A stretch of DNA of 64,000 nucleotides from Terriglobia bacterium. Lineage in GTDB: Bacteria > Acidobacteriota > Terriglobia > JAIQFV01. The DNA lies in NCBI GenBank assembly GCA_020073085.1, contig JAIQFV010000002.1, forward strand, positions 376,875-440,874, written 5' to 3'. Positions within the stretch are counted from its first letter, which is position 1, and the number at the start of each line of letters is the position of its first letter. This document shows, in pieces, positions 1 to 9,153 of the stretch. The notes under the pieces are model-generated. The model searched no databases. It was not told the DNA's origin and saw only the letters and a program-made list of their open reading frames with translations. Position numbers and translations under genes: made by a program.

Positions 1-1
1 T

Positions 2-316
2 GGCGGTGCGCTTCTTGTCATTGCGTTGATTCTCCAAAGCCTGCTGCCTGGTCGTGAGAAAGTGGTCCAAATCACAGTATGGACTTTGGCCGTGCTGACA
101 ACGGCTATTTTGGGCAATTACGAGCATTTTCGAGAGAAATGGTTCTGGAAGGGACTTCTGCTTGGATCATTGGTGCACATCCTTGTTGTCTACAGCTATA
201 GATCTTCGCTGCCATTCTCAAGTTTGGGAATTGCAGGCTTGATGGGTTTTCTTGAGGCATTGGTCTGGCAGGTCATATTCCGAAGGCTATCGGCGACACC
301 AAGTGGCATGATGTAA
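2..316 (+). CDS. hypothetical membrane protein, 5' end probably outside the window
   Basis: Frame is open from the window edge to the stop at 316; first in-window start is TTG at 26; hydrophobic stretches (VWTLAVLTTAILG, LLLGSLVHILVV); no family recognised. Confidence 0.3.
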   Translation, partial: GGALLVIALILQSLLPGREKVVQITVWTLAVLTTAILGNYEHFREKWFWKGLLLGSLVHILVVYSYRSSLPFSSLGIAGLMGFLEALVWQVIFRRLSATPSGMM

Positions 317-450
317 ATCCAGTCTTTGGCAAAAAAGAATTTTTGAAATTTTAGGGTCACACATCTGTGCGCCAAGGAAGCTTGGCGTCAGCTAGCCGGG
401 TGAGAGTCCCGGCGGGGAAAGGCCTAGCCAGCCACCCGTAGAAAAGATGT

Positions 451-747
451 TTGGGATGTTTGGGGTCGGACCAAGGCAACTCACTGAAATCGACTGGGTG
501 GCGCACATATCGCGTTTCTTGCGATGTGTGCGGGGGAGAGTCGAATTGCACTTCACCCTCAGAAGGAGATCTCCTTCAGAAAATGCCGCACACATGCCAA
601 GAGCGCATGTGTGCGCCACCCGCCCATATTGTTCGGGATAGGGATTCCTTAAGGGCTTTTGAGGATTACATTCAGCAAAATCCAGTCCGAGCGGGATTGA
701 AACGAGGCTCGTATGTCCTGGGTCGAGGAAAAGCTCGGTTTGAATGA
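451..747 (+). pseudogene. decayed REP-associated tyrosine transposase (RAYT / IS200-like Y1 transposase) fragment
   Basis: C-terminal translation HIVRDRDSLRAFEDYIQQNPVRAGL matches the conserved C-terminal motif of RAYT/IS200 TnpA (HxIRxExD...YIxxNPVxxGL); the N-terminal HuH region is not recognisable; REP-like palindromes follow immediately. Confidence 0.45.
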
Positions 748-748
748 T

Positions 749-879
749 GTGGGGCAGACGTCCCGTCTGCCGCTGTGACTTTTGAGCAAAAAAGAGAAGA
801 CTGGATAGCGAGCTGTTCTGAATTTCCTTTATGTTTGTCCTCTTTATAAAATTGGGCAGACGGGACGTCTGCCCCACAG
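749..879. repeat. REP-like palindrome pair (GGCAGACG-N3-CGTCTGCC) in inverted orientation, about 85 bp apart
   Basis: tggggcagacgtcccgtctgcc at about 749-771 and its reverse complement ggcagacgggacgtctgcccca at about 855-878. Confidence 0.7.
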
Positions 880-907
880 CTAATCCACGTCTGATGCTGG
901 CGAGCAT

Positions 908-1486
908 TTACTGCTTCCACAGGGTGCCTACCGCAGTTCCACCCACCTGAAAATAAGGAAGTCCGGTTACCGGCTTTCCAAGCAAAGTAGCCCTCACCTG
1001 TTTGCAGTTGTCAAACAGTACCCCATAGATCACAAGCGGAAACTTTCCAAAGGGCGCGAGATCAATCACGCCGGAGACGGTAAGGGTTCCATCAGGGTTT
1101 ACTTGGTAAGTAGCCTGGAAGGAGTATTGGAATTGGGTCCCATTGTAAGTCTCAATGAGGGATCCGGTGAGGCCTCCCCTCCCGTCCGCGACCACCCTAC
1201 CGGTGGCACAGTAGGGCCCGTTCAACGCAGATAGAGGACTGCCGGCAGGGACGGGAAGATTGGTCGTTCCCGTCCATTGGGACGCAAAACTTCCATAAAA
1301 ATCTGCATTTTTGTAACCCTCTGCCAGATCCGACATGCATTGGCCTTTCCCATCCCAAGCGATTTCAGACCGGTCAATAGCACTCTTTGTGGTTTGAGCC
1401 ATCGCCAACGGTGGATTCACAAATTTAAAACCAACCCAGGCCAGGCCCAGCAAGACTAAAACAATGAGGAATGTTCTTTGACGCAT
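908..1486 (-). CDS. hypothetical secreted protein
   Basis: N-terminal signal-peptide-like segment (MRQRTFLIVLVLLGLAWVG...AMAQ); no family recognised. Confidence 0.5.
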   Translation of the reverse strand: MRQRTFLIVLVLLGLAWVGFKFVNPPLAMAQTTKSAIDRSEIAWDGKGQCMSDLAEGYKNADFYGSFASQWTGTTNLPVPAGSPLSALNGPYCATGRVVADGRGGLTGSLIETYNGTQFQYSFQATYQVNPDGTLTVSGVIDLAPFGKFPLVIYGVLFDNCKQVRATLLGKPVTGLPYFQVGGTAVGTLWKQ

Positions 1487-1889
1487 GATGTCTTCTCCTT
1501 TCCGAAATTGACGGTCGTTTCACTTTCGAGGTTCGGTTATAGTTTTGATGGAGGACAAAGTATCTATTGGAGTGGACTCCTGCAAATCAGATGAACGCTT
1601 CAACCCTCTACTCCAATTTCTAAAGAGACTTCGGATCATTTCGGCGAGATACGACAGGAAGTGTGGCTTCATCATTTCGCCTGGACCATTTCTCGACGGG
1701 GTAGGCGCCTCAAGATGAGATGGTTTCTGCATGATCTGGGTCCTTCGGTAATGAACAATCTCAATGGTCCGAGTTCGCTTCATGCTCCACCCGCTCGCAT
1801 CAACAGGCTCATAAGCGGTCTTTCAAATACTTGGACTCACACGCGGAACCGTATCAACTGGCCGGATGATTGTCTTGATGAAGGCGTGA

Positions 1890-1895
1890 TATAAT
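1890..1895 (+). promoter_or_regulatory. possible -10 box (TATAAT) for the regulator gene
   Basis: TATAAT about 35 nt upstream of the ATG at 1932; no good -35 at canonical spacing. Confidence 0.2.
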
Positions 1896-1931
1896 GCTGA
1901 TCAATCCGTGAGCCCCCTCGGGGCAGGCTTT

Positions 1932-4403
1932 ATGCTCAGTAAAATCACCAGTTATCAATTCTCCGAGTTCGTTTTAGACGTCGCAGAACGCTGTCTGAAA
2001 AAGGAAAGCCAGCAGATCTATCTGCCCCCGAAGACCTTTGCAACCCTCTTGTACTTAATTGAACGGCCTGGCCGCCTCGTCAAGAAAGAGGAACTTCTCG
2101 ACGACCTCTGGCCGGATGCCGAGGTGACCGAGAACGCGTTGACCCGATGTATCAAGGAAGTCCGCGAGGCGCTTCAGGATGATGTGCATGACCCCCGCTA
2201 CATCAAGACCGTCCCCCGGGTGGGATACAAGTTCATCGCTGAAGTGGAGCCGGTTCGAGAAGCCACTCCCGTCACGGTCGTCGAGGAGGAACTGACTGCG
2301 ATGAGGGTGAAGGTCACGGATGAAGTGAATGGGGAGTTGCCATCCCCTCCTGACACCCGGACGCTCCCTGCGGAATCGTCCATGCTCGCGCTACCTGCCG
2401 CACCCGAAGGCCGGCTGAATCGATCCCGTTGGAAGGGCGCCGTTGGCATTGCCTTGACAGTTTTCACGGTATTGGCAGGGGCCTGGTATTACACCCGCGG
2501 ACGCAAGGCCTCCTTGGGTTTTGCGGAACGCGACTGGGTCCTGATCGCGGACTTTGAGAATCTCACCGGGGAAAAGGTGTTTGACGCGGCACTGCGAACG
2601 GCGTTGGAACGTGAACTGAGCCGCTCTCGTTACGTAAACTACGTGCCTCAGGGAAGAGTCTTCGACACCCTCGCTCTGATGAAACGCAGTGCCGATACCC
2701 GGGTTAATGAATCCGTGGGCCGAGAAGTGTGCTTGCGAGACGGGAATATCCGGGCACTTCTGGTGGGTGCCATCCAGCAGATCGGTGGTATCTACGCCAT
2801 CAACTTGAAGGTGATCGATCCGAAAACAGGGGTAGCGGTGAACAGTCTGGCCGAAGAAGCGGCGAATTTACAGGGGGTTCTCCCCGCGATTCGCCGACTG
2901 GCGGTGACGCTGCGAGAGACACTGGGCGAATCACTGGCTTCCATTTCCAAATCGGATCAGCAACTGGAACGGGTGACCACGCCTTCACTGGAGGCGTTGG
3001 AGGCTTATTCGAAGGGATTGCGTTTGAACGAGCAAGTTCAGTGGCCACAGGCGCTGGTTTTTCTTGATCAGGCTGTTGAACGGGACCCCAACTTTGCCAT
3101 GGCTCACTGGGCTCGCGGCTGGACGCATCATTGGACGCGAAGGCCATTCGTGGCAGATTTCAATCGGGCCGCCGAGCTGGTGGGTGGGGTCACCGATCGG
3201 GAGAAGTACACCATTCTGGGAACGCAAGCGCTCTACTGTTTCGGCGATCTCCCTCGGGCCATTGAAATCCAGGAACGCCTTCTTCAGTTGTATCCCGACG
3301 ATTACCATGCGAACGAGACCGTCGGTCGGCTCTATCTGGCGTTGGGAGATATGTCGCGATGGAGAGAGTGCTCTAAAAAAAGCGAGCGCATCCGTCCCAA
3401 CTTTACAGGCAATCACTTTGAGAACGCCGTCGTCGCACTCTTTTCGGAGAGTGACGTCGAAAGGTATTATTCGGAATCCATGCAAGTTCTCGCCCTGAAC
3501 CCCAATTACCCCGGAGGAGGCCCGCACGTGGCGGACCCCGTTCGGGACTGGATGCGTGGTGACGTGGCTCAGGCGCAGGAGAAAATTTCCAAATTCCGTG
3601 CGGGGGAAATGGCTTCGGCCTTGGGCCCGGCCTTTCAAATAAGCGTCCGCCCCTTTCTGGCCCGCTTCTATCTCTTCATCGGAAAACCGGAGGTGGCACT
3701 CGAGCTGCTTGAAACGACCCGTGGAATGGCGCCGCTAAACGCGACCGTCGATTTTTCAAAATACTGGCAACTGGAAAGAGCACTCATCTATCGAGAGCAA
3801 GGCAATGTCCGTGAATTTGAGCGCTTGGCCGGTAGCGCCGCATCGGAAGGAGTGGGAATCTCCCGGGTGGAAGCCCTCGGATGGCTGGCCATTGCTTCGG
3901 CCCAATCAGGTCGCTCCAATCAGGCCCTTGCCTTTCAAAATGAGCTTCTGAAAGAAGACCGCCTCCCGCCCGTTGGTTTTTTTAGTCCGCCGTTGCCTCG
4001 GGAGTTGGAACGTGCCAAACGCGCCTTTAGCCTTCAGATCGAGGGAGAAGTCGCGCTGAAAGACGGAAACCTGGATCAGGCAATTTCTCGCTTCAAGGGA
4101 GTGATCGATCTGGTTCCGCCTCAAGGGGTGTTTTTCACGACCAACCTTCAACCGCAGTTGTTTTTCGTGGCAAATCAATCACTGGCCGAGGCATTCGAAA
4201 AGAGAGGCGAGTGGGGGGAGGCGGTCAAAGCCGACGAAGCGATTCTCGCACAAAAGACTCAGACTATCGGAGTTACTGGAGCAGCACAGATTTGGGTGAA
4301 GGCGTTGAACTCCGCGGGCGAGGCCCTTGAGAAGATGGGAGAGACGTCACGGGCGGCCGTCTACCACGAGCAGTATCGCCAATTGCGGCCGGGGAGCAGC
4401 TAA
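1932..4403 (+). CDS. membrane-anchored winged-helix transcriptional regulator (CadC/ToxR-like, OmpR/PhoB-type DNA-binding domain) with periplasmic TPR-like domain
   Basis: N-terminal sequence with conserved W and RVGYKF typical of trans_reg_C winged helix; single TM segment (AVGIALTVFTVLAGAWYY); long C-terminal region; alternative GTG start at 1908. Confidence 0.7.
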   Translation: MLSKITSYQFSEFVLDVAERCLKKESQQIYLPPKTFATLLYLIERPGRLVKKEELLDDLWPDAEVTENALTRCIKEVREALQDDVHDPRYIKTVPRVGYKFIAEVEPVREATPVTVVEEELTAMRVKVTDEVNGELPSPPDTRTLPAESSMLALPAAPEGRLNRSRWKGAVGIALTVFTVLAGAWYYTRGRKASLGFAERDWVLIADFENLTGEKVFDAALRTALERELSRSRYVNYVPQGRVFDTLALMKRSADTRVNESVGREVCLRDGNIRALLVGAIQQIGGIYAINLKVIDPKTGVAVNSLAEEAANLQGVLPAIRRLAVTLRETLGESLASISKSDQQLERVTTPSLEALEAYSKGLRLNEQVQWPQALVFLDQAVERDPNFAMAHWARGWTHHWTRRPFVADFNRAAELVGGVTDREKYTILGTQALYCFGDLPRAIEIQERLLQLYPDDYHANETVGRLYLALGDMSRWRECSKKSERIRPNFTGNHFENAVVALFSESDVERYYSESMQVLALNPNYPGGGPHVADPVRDWMRGDVAQAQEKISKFRAGEMASALGPAFQISVRPFLARFYLFIGKPEVALELLETTRGMAPLNATVDFSKYWQLERALIYREQGNVREFERLAGSAASEGVGISRVEALGWLAIASAQSGRSNQALAFQNELLKEDRLPPVGFFSPPLPRELERAKRAFSLQIEGEVALKDGNLDQAISRFKGVIDLVPPQGVFFTTNLQPQLFFVANQSLAEAFEKRGEWGEAVKADEAILAQKTQTIGVTGAAQIWVKALNSAGEALEKMGETSRAAVYHEQYRQLRPGSS

Positions 4404-4645
4404 GGTGTCAGGTATCAGGTGCCGGGTGTCAGAATGGAGCTATCAGCGATCAGCGCTCAGCTTTCAGCGGTCAGCTATCAGCTTGCAAGTTCAAAGCAGC
4501 CCTTGCAATGTCCAGCGGTTGGCTCCGGGACTGGAAGCCCGCTCTTCTAAAATATACCTCCCTAGTTTGTACAGGGGGCAGATGGCTGAGATCTGGTAGT
4601 GATCGCTGATAGCTGACGGCTGACCGCTGAAAGCTGACCGCTGCC
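4404..4645. repeat. bipartite intergenic element: inverted low-complexity arms (CAGCTATCAGC flavour) around a unique core
   Basis: Left arm about 4434-4482 (tatcagcgatcagcgctcagctttcagcggtcagctatcagc) pairs with right arm about 4597-4643 (gtagtgatcgctgatagctgacggctgaccgctgaaagctgaccgctg); fills the whole gap between convergent stops at 4403 and 4646. Confidence 0.75.
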
Positions 4646-5119
4646 TCACGGAATCCTACAATGTGCCAGCCCGCGCTTTTCGAGATACTGTTGATGGTAT
4701 TCTTCGGCCCGGTAAAATTTTGAGGCCGGGACGATTTGCGTGACGATGGGTCGGCGGAATCGTCCGCTTTCTTCCAGGCTCTGCTTCGAGGCAAGGGCCG
4801 CAGCCAATTGTTCCGGGGTGTGATAAAAAATCGCCGAGCGATATTGCTCGCCCACGTCCGGCCCCTGTCGATTGAGGGTCGTGGGGTCATGATTTTCCCA
4901 GAACACATTCAGTAATTCTCCATAGGAAACCTGGGCCGGATCATAGTCGATCTCAACGGTCTCCGCGTGGCCGGTGGTTCCTGAACAAACGACTTCGTAA
5001 GTAGGGTTGGGGTAGTCTCCCCCTTCATACCCAACCGCAGTTGAGACAACCCCCTTGACCTGGCGGAAAGCCGCTTCGACTCCCCAAAAACATCCGGCGG
5101 CAAAATTCGCTTTTTCCAT
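4646..5119 (-). CDS. msrA: peptide-methionine (S)-S-oxide reductase MsrA
   Basis: GCFWG active-site motif near the N-terminus; length and overall sequence typical of MsrA; GGAGG ribosome-binding site 8 nt upstream. Confidence 0.9.
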   Translation of the reverse strand: MEKANFAAGCFWGVEAAFRQVKGVVSTAVGYEGGDYPNPTYEVVCSGTTGHAETVEIDYDPAQVSYGELLNVFWENHDPTTLNRQGPDVGEQYRSAIFYHTPEQLAAALASKQSLEESGRFRRPIVTQIVPASKFYRAEEYHQQYLEKRGLAHCRIP

Positions 5120-5171
5120 CTCGATCCTCCAAATGTTATTCGTGATTCAGCAAGGCTTCCGGAAAAGTGGC

Positions 5172-5672
5172 TCAGGATCCAACTTCGAGCCGGGCGTCAG
5201 GCGTCCTTGGAACCACCTGGACAACATAGCGGCCGTTAAAAGCCACGGCGACCTCTCCCGCCTGGCGTATCTCGGCGGAAAGAGCGATGCGGGCCTTCCC
5301 TTTCTTTTGCAGAGTGCTGAGCATCTTTTCCAAAGTGGCGGCGTCAGGCTTACAGCAGCACGCCTTGAAGTCCCTCGTCACGGGTTGCCGGTAGTGGATT
5401 CCACTGTCTTGGATGACAATGCCTGCCTCAATGTTGGCTTCCTTCAAGATCAGCCACACGAGGCTCCAACCCGCCAGGGTGAGAGTGGCGTTGAGACTTC
5501 CAGCGAAGGCTGTCCCCTGCTGGTTGATATTCTTTCCCAGGGGAACGCTTAGAGTGAGGCATCCGTTTTCGTACCGCTCAATGGTGAGCCCGATGACGCT
5601 GGAAATAGGTATCTCGGTCTTGAGTCTCTCGATGAGCTCCTTCAAAGGGCCTTTCATTCTGAATTGGTCCAC
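5172..5672 (-). CDS. hotdog-fold thioesterase-like protein (YiiD C-terminal / DUF4442-like)
   Basis: About 165 aa with composition and length resembling the YiiD C-terminal thioesterase family; GTG start with AAGGGGAG ribosome-binding site. Confidence 0.4.
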   Translation of the reverse strand: MDQFRMKGPLKELIERLKTEIPISSVIGLTIERYENGCLTLSVPLGKNINQQGTAFAGSLNATLTLAGWSLVWLILKEANIEAGIVIQDSGIHYRQPVTRDFKACCCKPDAATLEKMLSTLQKKGKARIALSAEIRQAGEVAVAFNGRYVVQVVPRTPDARLEVGS

Positions 5673-5799
5673 CGCTCCCCTTCATATAGCTTAGCATGCA
5701 GCCGACGATTCGTGATCGGAAGAGACTTCCGCAAAAAGTACTACAGGGGACTTTGAAGCTGTCGGCTCACTGGCGAGAAATTGCGGTCCTTCGGCCGAT

Positions 5800-6309
5800 C
5801 TACTTCTTCTCAGAATCTTTTTTCGTCCCCTCCGATGGCTCTGAGGCCATCTTCTGAATTTCAGGCATCAAGGCCATGACCCGTTTCTGGGTGACCTGCA
5901 TCGTCTTTGCAGTCAGATCCGGGGTTTTCTCGAGGAGCTTCTGTCCGATCGGTGATTTATAAAACGAGGTCAGCTCCTTCATTTCTGATTCCGTGAACAC
6001 CTCCATGTAAGCTTCGACAAAATCCGGTTTCAGAATGTCCCAGCTCATATTCTTATAAACAAAATCCATCACCTTCGATTGACGGGCTTCGACCTCAGAA
6101 GCCTGTTCTTTGGAGACGTTCGGCATCTGGAAGAACCCCCCGATCATCTTTCGCATGGATTCCATCTGCTTTGACATCATCTGTTTCGTCTGCATGGCTT
6201 CGAGAAGTTCTTCTGCCGCTGCGCGATGGGACGCTTCATCGGCATACAACACCCTGCTCAGGTGAGTGATCATGAGCAGGCAAAATACCCAGCATAATTT
6301 CCTTTTCAT
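5800..6309 (-). CDS. DUF2059-like periplasmic protein
   Basis: Signal peptide (MKRKLCWVFCLLMITHLSRVLYA) then a helical domain resembling DUF2059; GGAGG ribosome-binding site before the ATG at 6309. Confidence 0.5.
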   Translation of the reverse strand: MKRKLCWVFCLLMITHLSRVLYADEASHRAAAEELLEAMQTKQMMSKQMESMRKMIGGFFQMPNVSKEQASEVEARQSKVMDFVYKNMSWDILKPDFVEAYMEVFTESEMKELTSFYKSPIGQKLLEKTPDLTAKTMQVTQKRVMALMPEIQKMASEPSEGTKKDSEKK

Positions 6310-6343
6310 GGGCGGACCTCCAATTGAATGGTTGCAGTTCAGA

Positions 6344-6361
6344 GCAGACGGGGACGTCTGC
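6344..6361. repeat. REP-like palindrome GCAGACG-GGGA-CGTCTGC
   Basis: Perfect 7 bp inverted repeat in the roughly 60 bp gap between the amidase stop and the DUF2059 start; same GCAGACG core as the pair at 749-879. Confidence 0.6.
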
Positions 6362-6368
6362 TCCACGC

Positions 6369-8036
6369 TTACTTGGGCAGCTCCGCACTGGCACGGAATT
6401 GCGGTGGTCGCCGGTGCTTTGTGGCCTGCTCAAACGAGAAAGCCAGTTTGAGAAGTACGGGCTCGCTGTAGGGTCTTCCAAAGAAGGAAATACCGACGGG
6501 CAGGCCAAAAACATACCCAGCCGGAACCGTGATGTGGGGATATCCGGCCACCGCAGCCGGTGTCGAACTGCTCCCGAAGGAGGCATCCCCATTGACGAGG
6601 TCGGTAAAGGGGGGTGGTCCGGCAGTCGGCGTCACGATGGCATCCAGCTTATGCTTCTCCAGGGTGGCATCAATTCCTTTTTCCCGGGAAAATTCCAGAT
6701 CCTTGGCCAGCGCTTTCCGGTAATCCTCGCTATCGAGCGCCCCTTTTTTCTCCGCCATCAGGAGAATTTCCTGGCCGAAGAAGGGCATTTCCCGGGCGCT
6801 GTTGCGCTGATTAAATTCAATGATGTCCTTGATCGAGCGGACGGGCGCGTTGGGCCCAAGGCCCGCCAGGTATTTGTTGAGGTCCGCTTTGAACTCGTAC
6901 AGGAGAACCTCGAACTCGGAATCGTCAAACTGTCCGGCCGTCGCAATGTCGGCGGGGTCCACGATCACGGCTCCCTGCTGCTTCATCACATCGATGGCCG
7001 ACTCGATCAAATGAACGGTCGCCCCGTTGTAGTCGAAGAACTTCGAACGGGCGATACCGAGACGTGCCCCACGCAATCCATCCGGAACCAGAAATCTCGT
7101 ATAGTCGTTGAGGGCCTTGCCGGCGCTCTCATCCGTTGCTTCATCCAGCAGGTCGACGCCGGTCATGGCGCCCAGCAGGATGGCGGCATCGGTCACGGTG
7201 CGGGCCATGGGCCCTGCGGTGTCCTGGCTGTGGGCGATCGGAATGATGCCGGAGCGGCTGATGAGTCCGACCGTGGGTTTGATCCCGACGATGGAGCAGG
7301 CTGAGGAGGGTGAAACGACCGAGCCGTCTGTCTCTGTCCCCACGGCCACGGCGCAGAGGTTCGCGGCCACGGCCGCAGCGGAGCCTGAACTGGAGCCTGA
7401 AGGCGTGCGATCCAATGCGTAGGGATTACGGCACTGGCCTCCCCGCCCGCTCCATCCGCTGGAGGAATGCGTCGATCGGAAATTGGCCCATTCGCTCATG
7501 TTGGTCTTTCCCAGCAGGATCGCACCCGCATGCCGGAGCCGCGCCGCCACAAACGCATCCCGCGCAGGAATGGAACCCGCCAACGCAAGGGAGCCGGCGG
7601 TGGTAGTCATTTTATCTGCAGTGCCAATATTGTCTTTGAGCAGGATCGGGATGCCGTGAAGCGGCCCTCGGGGTCCTTTGGCCTTGCGTTCGGCATCCAG
7701 GGCGTCGGCCGCGGCAAAGGCTTCCGGGTTGATTTCAAGGACTTGATTGAGTACGGGCCCACGATGGTTCAAGGCATCGATCCTCGAAAGGTAGGCTTCG
7801 ACAATCTTGCGAGCCGTGTACTTTCCGGACTGCATACCATCCTGAAGACTCCGCAGGGTCGCTTCCTCCAGTTCAAAAGGAGCGAATGCTGATTTCTCTG
7901 CGGTCCTCTGAGCAAATTCCAGGTGCGGTAAGAAAGGTTCAGCGACAGCGAGGGCTCCTCCCAGCAGACCGGAATTGACAAACACCCTTCGAGTCATGTG
8001 ATGGCGAGCAGTGGCACGTTCTTCATCATGCGGCAT
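6369..8036 (-). CDS. amidase (amidase-signature family), probably Tat-exported
   Basis: GGSSGGS signature motif and conserved K/S/S catalytic context; N-terminal twin-arginine-like TRRVFVNSGLLGGALAV; AAGGAG ribosome-binding site before the ATG at 8036. Confidence 0.85.
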   Translation of the reverse strand: MPHDEERATARHHMTRRVFVNSGLLGGALAVAEPFLPHLEFAQRTAEKSAFAPFELEEATLRSLQDGMQSGKYTARKIVEAYLSRIDALNHRGPVLNQVLEINPEAFAAADALDAERKAKGPRGPLHGIPILLKDNIGTADKMTTTAGSLALAGSIPARDAFVAARLRHAGAILLGKTNMSEWANFRSTHSSSGWSGRGGQCRNPYALDRTPSGSSSGSAAAVAANLCAVAVGTETDGSVVSPSSACSIVGIKPTVGLISRSGIIPIAHSQDTAGPMARTVTDAAILLGAMTGVDLLDEATDESAGKALNDYTRFLVPDGLRGARLGIARSKFFDYNGATVHLIESAIDVMKQQGAVIVDPADIATAGQFDDSEFEVLLYEFKADLNKYLAGLGPNAPVRSIKDIIEFNQRNSAREMPFFGQEILLMAEKKGALDSEDYRKALAKDLEFSREKGIDATLEKHKLDAIVTPTAGPPPFTDLVNGDASFGSSSTPAAVAGYPHITVPAGYVFGLPVGISFFGRPYSEPVLLKLAFSFEQATKHRRPPQFRASAELPK

Positions 8037-8152
8037 TGTGATTCTCCTTGGTGTGCTTGCTTTTTCGACGACAAGCGATTGCATCGCAGCCCCCCGCTCA
8101 AGCGGAAGACGTTTCAAGATTTATTGCAGCGGGGAGTCTTTGCACAGATTTT

Positions 8153-8282
8153 CGATATTAATACAAACGTCTTTGAACATGTTACAAAATTGTGCATGAT
8201 TGAACGTGGGGGCGTCCGCAGCGGCGGACGCCCCTAATCCGAAAATTTCGCAATTACACCTTGTAACTCTATTTCCAACGTT
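8153..8282. repeat. about 130 bp repeat, copy 1 (contains an 11 bp-stem GC hairpin)
   Basis: About 80% identical over about 130 bp to 61073-61205, including ...aatac-aacgtc-ttgaa-atg-tacaaaat-gtgc...gattgaacgt, the hairpin GGGGCGTCCGC-agcg-GCGGACGCCCC and tgtaactcta. Confidence 0.7.
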
Positions 8283-8611
8283 TGGGCTAGCCGTAAACGG
8301 GGCCGTTTGCAAAACATTCAGTTCAGCCTCGATTGGGCCTGCTCCCACATGAGTGACCCGGTTGGATGACGCGCTGCAGCGGCGACCCATGATAATCACC
8401 TGAAACCGAGAGTTTGGCCGATCGTCAGTCGCCTCCGGCCCTGGCATGGTCCGGAATGCGGAAATCGGTCAAGCTTGTCCCTGGATTTTGCTCCTCCTTG
8501 CCTTCTTCGGTGAAAACCACGCGGATCTGAAGTAGAATGCCGAGGGAGCGTTCGTCCATTTGGACCTCGTGCTCCCTCCACAAACTAAAAATTAACACAG
8601 AGAGAATCACT

Positions 8612-9037
8612 ATGAATGATCATTCACAAAAGAAAACGATCTGGCGGCTTTTTTCACTGGCACTCTCATTCGTCATGATAACTGTACTGGCCGCAAGTTT
8701 ATCGCCGGCCCAGGGAAGGTACGGAGGAGAGAGGGAGAAGGACAAGAAGAAAGAAGAGGAGAAACCGCAGTTTCCTTTTCAGAGGTTTAAAGGCACGATC
8801 AACACCGTCAAGCTGGAAGAACGACGATTTCTGCTGGACACCAGTGAAGGGTTCACGGTGCTCGTCCAGGTCGACGATAAGACCAAGATCAAGCACCGGA
8901 AGGAAAAGAAAGGCGGACCCGGCGTGCTCTTTGCCGATTTGAAGAAGGGCGACATCGTGGAGGTCAGCGGGCAATTACCTCCAACCCGCATCCTGCAGGC
9001 GGAGAAAATCTTTCTTGAAGCGGCGGACAAAAAGTAA
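8612..9037 (+). CDS. hypothetical secreted protein
   Basis: Signal peptide (LFSLALSFVMITVLAASLSPAQG), Lys/Glu-rich linker, small C-terminal domain; start chosen at ATG 8612. Confidence 0.45.
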   Translation: MNDHSQKKTIWRLFSLALSFVMITVLAASLSPAQGRYGGEREKDKKKEEEKPQFPFQRFKGTINTVKLEERRFLLDTSEGFTVLVQVDDKTKIKHRKEKKGGPGVLFADLKKGDIVEVSGQLPPTRILQAEKIFLEAADKK

Positions 9038-9153
9038 TCTTCAGCGTGAATGGGTTTTCCCGGGGCACGAAAAGGCATCAGGGAACAGCATTCGCGGGTC
9101 TTGTGCATGCTTGTGACAGAGAACTTGGTGTTTCTTGTACACGGAGGGAGCTG

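Noticed and set aside
392-907. 171-aa minus-strand ORF and other short ORFs in the first intergenic region
   Set aside because: No ribosome-binding site or family resemblance; the region is better explained by the RAYT remnant and REP palindromes.
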